From an uncultured bacterium (GTDB lineage: Bacteria > Fidelibacterota > Marinisomatia > Marinisomatales > UBA1611): 52,720 nucleotides of DNA. The position numbers and the translations under genes were made by a program. The notes under the pieces were generated by a model. The model saw nothing but the letters and a program-made list of their open reading frames with translations, made no database searches and had not been told where the DNA came from. The stretch is taken from assembly GCA_965660855.1 (NCBI GenBank), contig CBFIBM010000013.1, positions 1 through 52,720 on the forward strand. The letters run 5' to 3'. This document shows, one piece after another, positions 48,202 to 52,720 of this stretch; within the stretch, counting starts at the first letter, position 1; every line of letters starts with the position of its first letter.

Positions 48202-49620
48202 ATGATTTTTAAAAAGATTTTTGTCAACCTTCTGATTATAGGTACGATGAATTTTGTTCTATTTTCACAAAATTTAAAAGAAGAAGAGGATAATACCTTA
48301 ATAACTATTCATGCAGAGGATGCTTTTTTACCAAGTATTCTTGCAATTTTAGCTAAGGAAAGTGGTTATAATATTGTAACTGATCCAAATGTAAATAAGC
48401 AAGATAAAGTTTCAATTCACCTTGATGAAGTTCCGATTGAACAGGCAATCAATTTAGTAGTACGTGCAGTTGGATTAAGTTATGAGGTAGTTGGTAACTC
48501 ATTCTTAGTAGCAGACCCAAAAAAGCTGAAGGAGGAAGTAGGAGTCACTACCTATGTAGTCACTCTGAAATATGCTGCTGCAGAAGATGTTAAAAATCTT
48601 TTACAAGATATTTCAGACCAAGTTCAGGTGGATGTACCAGGTAATAAGCTTTTAGTGCATGCTTCCCCAAAAAAAATTGCTGAAATTATCCAAGTCGTAG
48701 AACAGGTTGATGTACCAGCAATTCAAATAATGCTCGAAACAAGACTTATTGAAGTCGCAGCAGATATTGAAGATAAGATTGGTTTAGATTGGTCTAAAAT
48801 ATCATCTTATTCGACAATCTTAGCTGAAAATGGTGTTCCTATAACTGATGGAGGAGGTTCTGTAATTCCAGATGATCAAACGATAGGTAGTCTTCCAGCG
48901 ACCATGCCATTCAATAGGCTAAGCGAGCTTACAAAAAAAGATAAAACTGGAATCCTTCCAAAGTATTTTAGTAGGCAATTGACAGCCTTCGACTTAACCT
49001 TGGACATGTTGCTCAGAAATAATAAGGCAGAAGTATTAGCAGATTCTAGGCTGACTACTATTAATGGTAGGGAAGCAAGCATCAAACTTGTTGATATAGT
49101 GCCTTATATATTAAGCTCTGGAGGTGTTGGAGGTCAAGTCCAGGTTCAAAAAGAGGAAGTAGGTATTAAGCTTAATATCGCACCTACTGTAAATACAGAT
49201 GGATATATTACTGTTAAGGTTGAGCCAGAAGTTTCAACAATTTTTGAGTTTATAGGGCCAGATGCAAATATTCCAAGAGTTAAAAGCAGGACTTCATCAA
49301 CAACAATTCGTGTAAAAGATGGTGAATCTATTGTTATTGGAGGTTTATTAAGCAATGACAAAAAGCAAACCACCTATAAATTACCTTTTTTTCATAAGCT
49401 TCCTTGGGTGGGTGAAAAGTTTTTTACATCTAAGAGTGTAATTGAAAGGAAAACAGATTTAATAATTCAAATCACACCCAAAATAGTAATTGATGAGTAT
49501 TCAGGTATAACTAAATCTGATGAGATGATAAAGTATGAAGAATATGTCACCAAAGGCTCCTCGATTAAGATGCATGAAGAGCCTGAAAAAGTGAAAATTG
49601 AAAAAAGTGAGGAAAATTAA
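48202..49620 (+). CDS. pilQ: Type IV pilus secretin
   Basis: QIMLETRLIE, GLDW, TINGREASI, VGIKLNIAPTV, VKDGESIVIGGL, LIIQITPKI. Confidence 0.93.
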   Translation: MIFKKIFVNLLIIGTMNFVLFSQNLKEEEDNTLITIHAEDAFLPSILAILAKESGYNIVTDPNVNKQDKVSIHLDEVPIEQAINLVVRAVGLSYEVVGNSFLVADPKKLKEEVGVTTYVVTLKYAAAEDVKNLLQDISDQVQVDVPGNKLLVHASPKKIAEIIQVVEQVDVPAIQIMLETRLIEVAADIEDKIGLDWSKISSYSTILAENGVPITDGGGSVIPDDQTIGSLPATMPFNRLSELTKKDKTGILPKYFSRQLTAFDLTLDMLLRNNKAEVLADSRLTTINGREASIKLVDIVPYILSSGGVGGQVQVQKEEVGIKLNIAPTVNTDGYITVKVEPEVSTIFEFIGPDANIPRVKSRTSSTTIRVKDGESIVIGGLLSNDKKQTTYKLPFFHKLPWVGEKFFTSKSVIERKTDLIIQITPKIVIDEYSGITKSDEMIKYEEYVTKGSSIKMHEEPEKVKIEKSEEN

Positions 49621-49621
49621 C

Positions 49622-51910
49622 ATGAAAAACATAAAATTGACTTTATTTCTTTTTGTATTGATTTTTTCTATCATGAATTGGTCGTGCGATGATCGGTTGC
49701 CATCTAGCTCAGAAGAAGCAACTGTTACTGAGTCTGGATCGCTAGAACTTTCGTATGTATATGTGCATGGATCTAATGATAACCCTAGCATAGTTGGGGA
49801 AGTTATATCTGAGGCTCAAACATCGATTATTGTTATGGCACGATTTCTAAATACTGATGGTGAAGGTGTAAACGATAGAGTCCTCTCTTTTCAAGAAGAA
49901 GGTGTAGAGGGTGATTGGGATATTACCAGTAAAACGTACACAACAAAGTATGAATCAAACTTCAAAAGATTTGGTTATCCTGAACTAAGTGGGAATGGAT
50001 ATGCTTATGCAAGATTTACTCCTGAGAATGGGCAAGAAAAGATAGAAACATCTTCTAGTTCTGGCGCTATAATTAAAGTTGCACTCCTAGATACAAAGGG
50101 TGAAACTACTGATATAATTGATAATATAGAGTTTTCTGTATACAATGAAAATACCCAGGTTTGGCCATATACGATGAATATTACCTCAAATGCACAGGTA
50201 GATCTTGGAGCTCAAACACCGTTTATCGTGCTTCTAGAAAATGCATACGGAGAAGAACTTAATGGAGTAAAAATTAATATAGATTCAGAAAATGGTTTTG
50301 TGGAGTGCGCTGACTCATGCATTACAGATGCAACTGGAAGAGTGAGCACAACATTTGAATCTTATAGTTTTAGTGAGAATATCGGTCTTGGATCAGTAAT
50401 TACTTCTTATTATCATCCAGCTATTGCTGATAGTGTAAGCGAACCTAAGCAAATTATTATAGGAACTGAGACTGCTGTAGGATCTTGTTCTTATATAGAA
50501 CTCCCTTCATCAAACCCGAGTTCTATCGTTGTAAAAGATGGAGGTGGAATAGAATCAACTGATATTAAAGCAGAGGTTTACGATAATAATGGAAATTTAC
50601 TAGATACTCCTATTTTAGTTAACTTTCGATTAGAGCCTGTTATGGCAGGATCTTATTTAAATACTCCAGGAATGACGGAAGTTCTTGTAGAAACTGTTAA
50701 CGGAGTTGCAACTGTATCCCTAAATAGTGGAACAGAGCCAGGGCCTGTTAGAATAATTGCTACCACAAATACTACTGAAACAACGGTCTGTGATACACTA
50801 AATGATGACCTAGAAAGTATCAATGTTCCCGTAATTATTTCATCTGGTGCACCATATTATATAGAGGCTGAATATGATCCAAATAGTACAGAAGCAATTG
50901 GAGGTGGATTTTATCAGACAGAATGTGCTGCTATAGTGTATGATAAATGGTATAACCCAGTTGAGGATTCAACTTATGTATACTGGAACATCTCTCCATT
51001 GCCTCCTGCAGAAGGAATAGATGCATTTGTAGAAGGTGTTAGTTTTACAAATAACACAGGTGTTTTAAGTGGAACGTCTACATCAGGGGTAGCAAGATCA
51101 AATATTGTTTACTCAACGGATGCAATTGGTGCAATCGGTCAGGTAAGAGCACTTACATTTGGTGCGGATGGTGATTCCGTTGTATCATTTGTTAATGAAG
51201 GTGAAGGAGATGCCACTTTATTTTTTCTACCAGGTCAGGTTTCTTTGTTATCCAATTCTACATATTACGATTTTAGTTTAAATCCTAATCCAGCCTTGAT
51301 TCAAGTTAGTGCGCTAGTGATAGATTTTTATGGAAATCCTGTTGTTGGTGCTCCAGTTTCTTTTAGTGGTACAGGTGTGAATAATTTCTATGAGATTGGA
51401 TATGAGGCTTATGAAGACTTCGGAATAGATACTACAGATGCAACAGAAGATCAGGGAGAAGGGGACCTATGTTTCACATGGCGTGATTATGGAAAGGACG
51501 ATGACCCTAGTACTGTAGATGAAGGTTCAAATAATGATGATCATGATTCCTTTTTAGATTCACTTGGAGTATTAGAGAACTCTGAGGTTTCTGAAAATTT
51601 TGATGATTTTGGCTTAGATGGAATACCTGGTACATTTGACGAAGGTGAGGGTGATGGAAAATGGAATGGTTATTCTATGATAGGATGTGAGCCTGTTGTG
51701 AAAACCGATTCAGATGGTTACGCCAGGATTATGGTTGAATTTGATCAAGCTATATGTACTTTAGCGAATATTGATGATACAACAGATCCAAGTACATGCT
51801 CTTATGATGACTTTACTGCTTCTCTTTCTGCAACATTATTAATTCCAGAAATTACCTCAAGTGATCCTTTAGATATACTACTTGTTAGATCACCAGCTCC
51901 GTGTGAGTGA
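49622..51910 (+). CDS. Large acidic lipoprotein with invasin/Big_1-like Ig repeats, within the pilus operon
   Basis: The ATG at 49622 gives the signal peptide ...IMNWSC; YDNNGNLL...V.F, TVNGVATVSLNSGTEPG, DFYGNPVVGAPVSF and TDSDGYA are Ig-like motifs. Confidence 0.75.
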   Translation: MKNIKLTLFLFVLIFSIMNWSCDDRLPSSSEEATVTESGSLELSYVYVHGSNDNPSIVGEVISEAQTSIIVMARFLNTDGEGVNDRVLSFQEEGVEGDWDITSKTYTTKYESNFKRFGYPELSGNGYAYARFTPENGQEKIETSSSSGAIIKVALLDTKGETTDIIDNIEFSVYNENTQVWPYTMNITSNAQVDLGAQTPFIVLLENAYGEELNGVKINIDSENGFVECADSCITDATGRVSTTFESYSFSENIGLGSVITSYYHPAIADSVSEPKQIIIGTETAVGSCSYIELPSSNPSSIVVKDGGGIESTDIKAEVYDNNGNLLDTPILVNFRLEPVMAGSYLNTPGMTEVLVETVNGVATVSLNSGTEPGPVRIIATTNTTETTVCDTLNDDLESINVPVIISSGAPYYIEAEYDPNSTEAIGGGFYQTECAAIVYDKWYNPVEDSTYVYWNISPLPPAEGIDAFVEGVSFTNNTGVLSGTSTSGVARSNIVYSTDAIGAIGQVRALTFGADGDSVVSFVNEGEGDATLFFLPGQVSLLSNSTYYDFSLNPNPALIQVSALVIDFYGNPVVGAPVSFSGTGVNNFYEIGYEAYEDFGIDTTDATEDQGEGDLCFTWRDYGKDDDPSTVDEGSNNDDHDSFLDSLGVLENSEVSENFDDFGLDGIPGTFDEGEGDGKWNGYSMIGCEPVVKTDSDGYARIMVEFDQAICTLANIDDTTDPSTCSYDDFTASLSATLLIPEITSSDPLDILLVRSPAPCE

Positions 51911-51941
51911 AATTAGTTAAATAAATAATTGGATAAATAAT

Positions 51942-52720
51942 ATGAATTCAAATTTTAATCCTCAATTTTCTAAATTAGGTGAAATCCTAGTGAATAATGG
52001 TAAAGCCACAGAAAGTAATATAAATGAAGCTCTCGTTCAACAAAAAACAACTAGTGATAAGATAGGTGTGACTTTAATTGAGATGGGTTTTATTGAGGAA
52101 GACGACTTTACAAATGCATATAGCCAACAACTAGGATACAGAAAAGCAGATAATTTTATTTTATTAGAAGCCGATTCAAGCGTTGCTGCATTAATCCCAG
52201 AAGATTTTGCTAGAGAAAATAGAGTATTAGGAATTAGTAAAAATGAATCGACAATAGTTATTGCAATGGAAGATCCAGAAGACGTAGTTGCAATTGACTC
52301 AATAAAAAGGTTAACTAATTTAAATCCTGATATATTAGTCTCAGGACCAACTCTTTTGGAAAAATCATTAGATAAGGTTTATGGCGAAATTCAAAAAACT
52401 GCGGAAGTGGCCGAAACTATAGATAGTATTACTGTTGTATCTGGAGAAGAAGGGTCTGAAGAAGTAGTAGATCTATCTCCAGATAAAGCATCTGAGGAAG
52501 ATGCTCCTATAGTCAAGCTTGTTAATTTGATTTTCATTGAATCAATAAAAGAAAGAGCTACTGATATTCATATTGAGCCTATGGAAAAACAAGTTTATGT
52601 AAGAATTAGAATAGATGGTGTCCTCCAGACAATAATGACACCTCCTGTATCTTCCTTAAGTGGTTTGGTTACAAGAATTAAAATATTATCAAATCTGAAT
52701 ATTGCTGAAAAACGATTACC
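51942..52720 (+). CDS. pilB: Type IV pilus extension ATPase with an N-terminal MshEN domain (3'-truncated)
   Basis: Read manually: MNSNFNPQFSKLGEILV...AMEDP...DAPIVKLVNLIF...ATDIHIEP...RIRIDGVL...RIKILSNLNIAEKRLP, open to the window end. Confidence 0.92.
   Translation, partial: MNSNFNPQFSKLGEILVNNGKATESNINEALVQQKTTSDKIGVTLIEMGFIEEDDFTNAYSQQLGYRKADNFILLEADSSVAALIPEDFARENRVLGISKNESTIVIAMEDPEDVVAIDSIKRLTNLNPDILVSGPTLLEKSLDKVYGEIQKTAEVAETIDSITVVSGEEGSEEVVDLSPDKASEEDAPIVKLVNLIFIESIKERATDIHIEPMEKQVYVRIRIDGVLQTIMTPPVSSLSGLVTRIKILSNLNIAEKRL

Noticed and set aside
7365..49791. Many 60-120 aa ORFs nested in or antisense to long genes (e.g. 7365, 8320, 12259, 13826, 32003, 41960, 49501)
   Set aside because: They lie within or across well-supported CDSs and have no recognisable motifs. 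They are expected shadow ORFs.
40619..52720. Interpretation as a type II secretion system
   Set aside because: PilT with AIRNLIRE and separate PilM/N/O indicate a retractile type IVa pilus.
1..52720. CRISPR arrays, tRNA/rRNA, IS elements, integron attC sites, prophage, defence genes, multiheme cytochromes
   Set aside because: No spaced direct repeats, RNA-gene signatures, transposase/integrase ORFs or CxxCH motifs were seen by eye. Intergenic gaps are short.

Overview
A low-GC (~30% by eye), gene-dense bacterial window that is almost entirely on the + strand. Protein style suggests an FCB-related marine lineage such as Ca. Marinimicrobia (inference, not provable here). It has four parts. (1) Many secreted or surface proteins: a sialate O-acetylesterase, M12B and M6 metalloproteases, a GH53 galactanase and two beta-helix proteins. 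Eight of them end in the same 'PNPFNP...FlgD-Ig' T9SS-like sorting tail. (2) A SusD-less PUL-like locus headed by a STAS protein and a beta-propeller/Y_Y_Y sensor whose output is a SpoIIE/PP2C phosphatase, followed by a TonB-dependent receptor, a CBM-like lipoprotein, an adhesin-like protein and the GH53. (3) Small enzyme genes plus the split transhydrogenase pntAa-pntAb-pntB on the - strand. (4) A compact type IVa pilus operon (pilA-pilT-pilV-pilW-pilX-pilMNOPQ-Ig lipoprotein-pilB) that runs off the window end. It is preceded by a perfect CRP box and encodes an aromatic-patterned pilin, a giant PilX and an MshEN-bearing PilB. No rRNA, tRNA, CRISPR array or mobile element was recognised.
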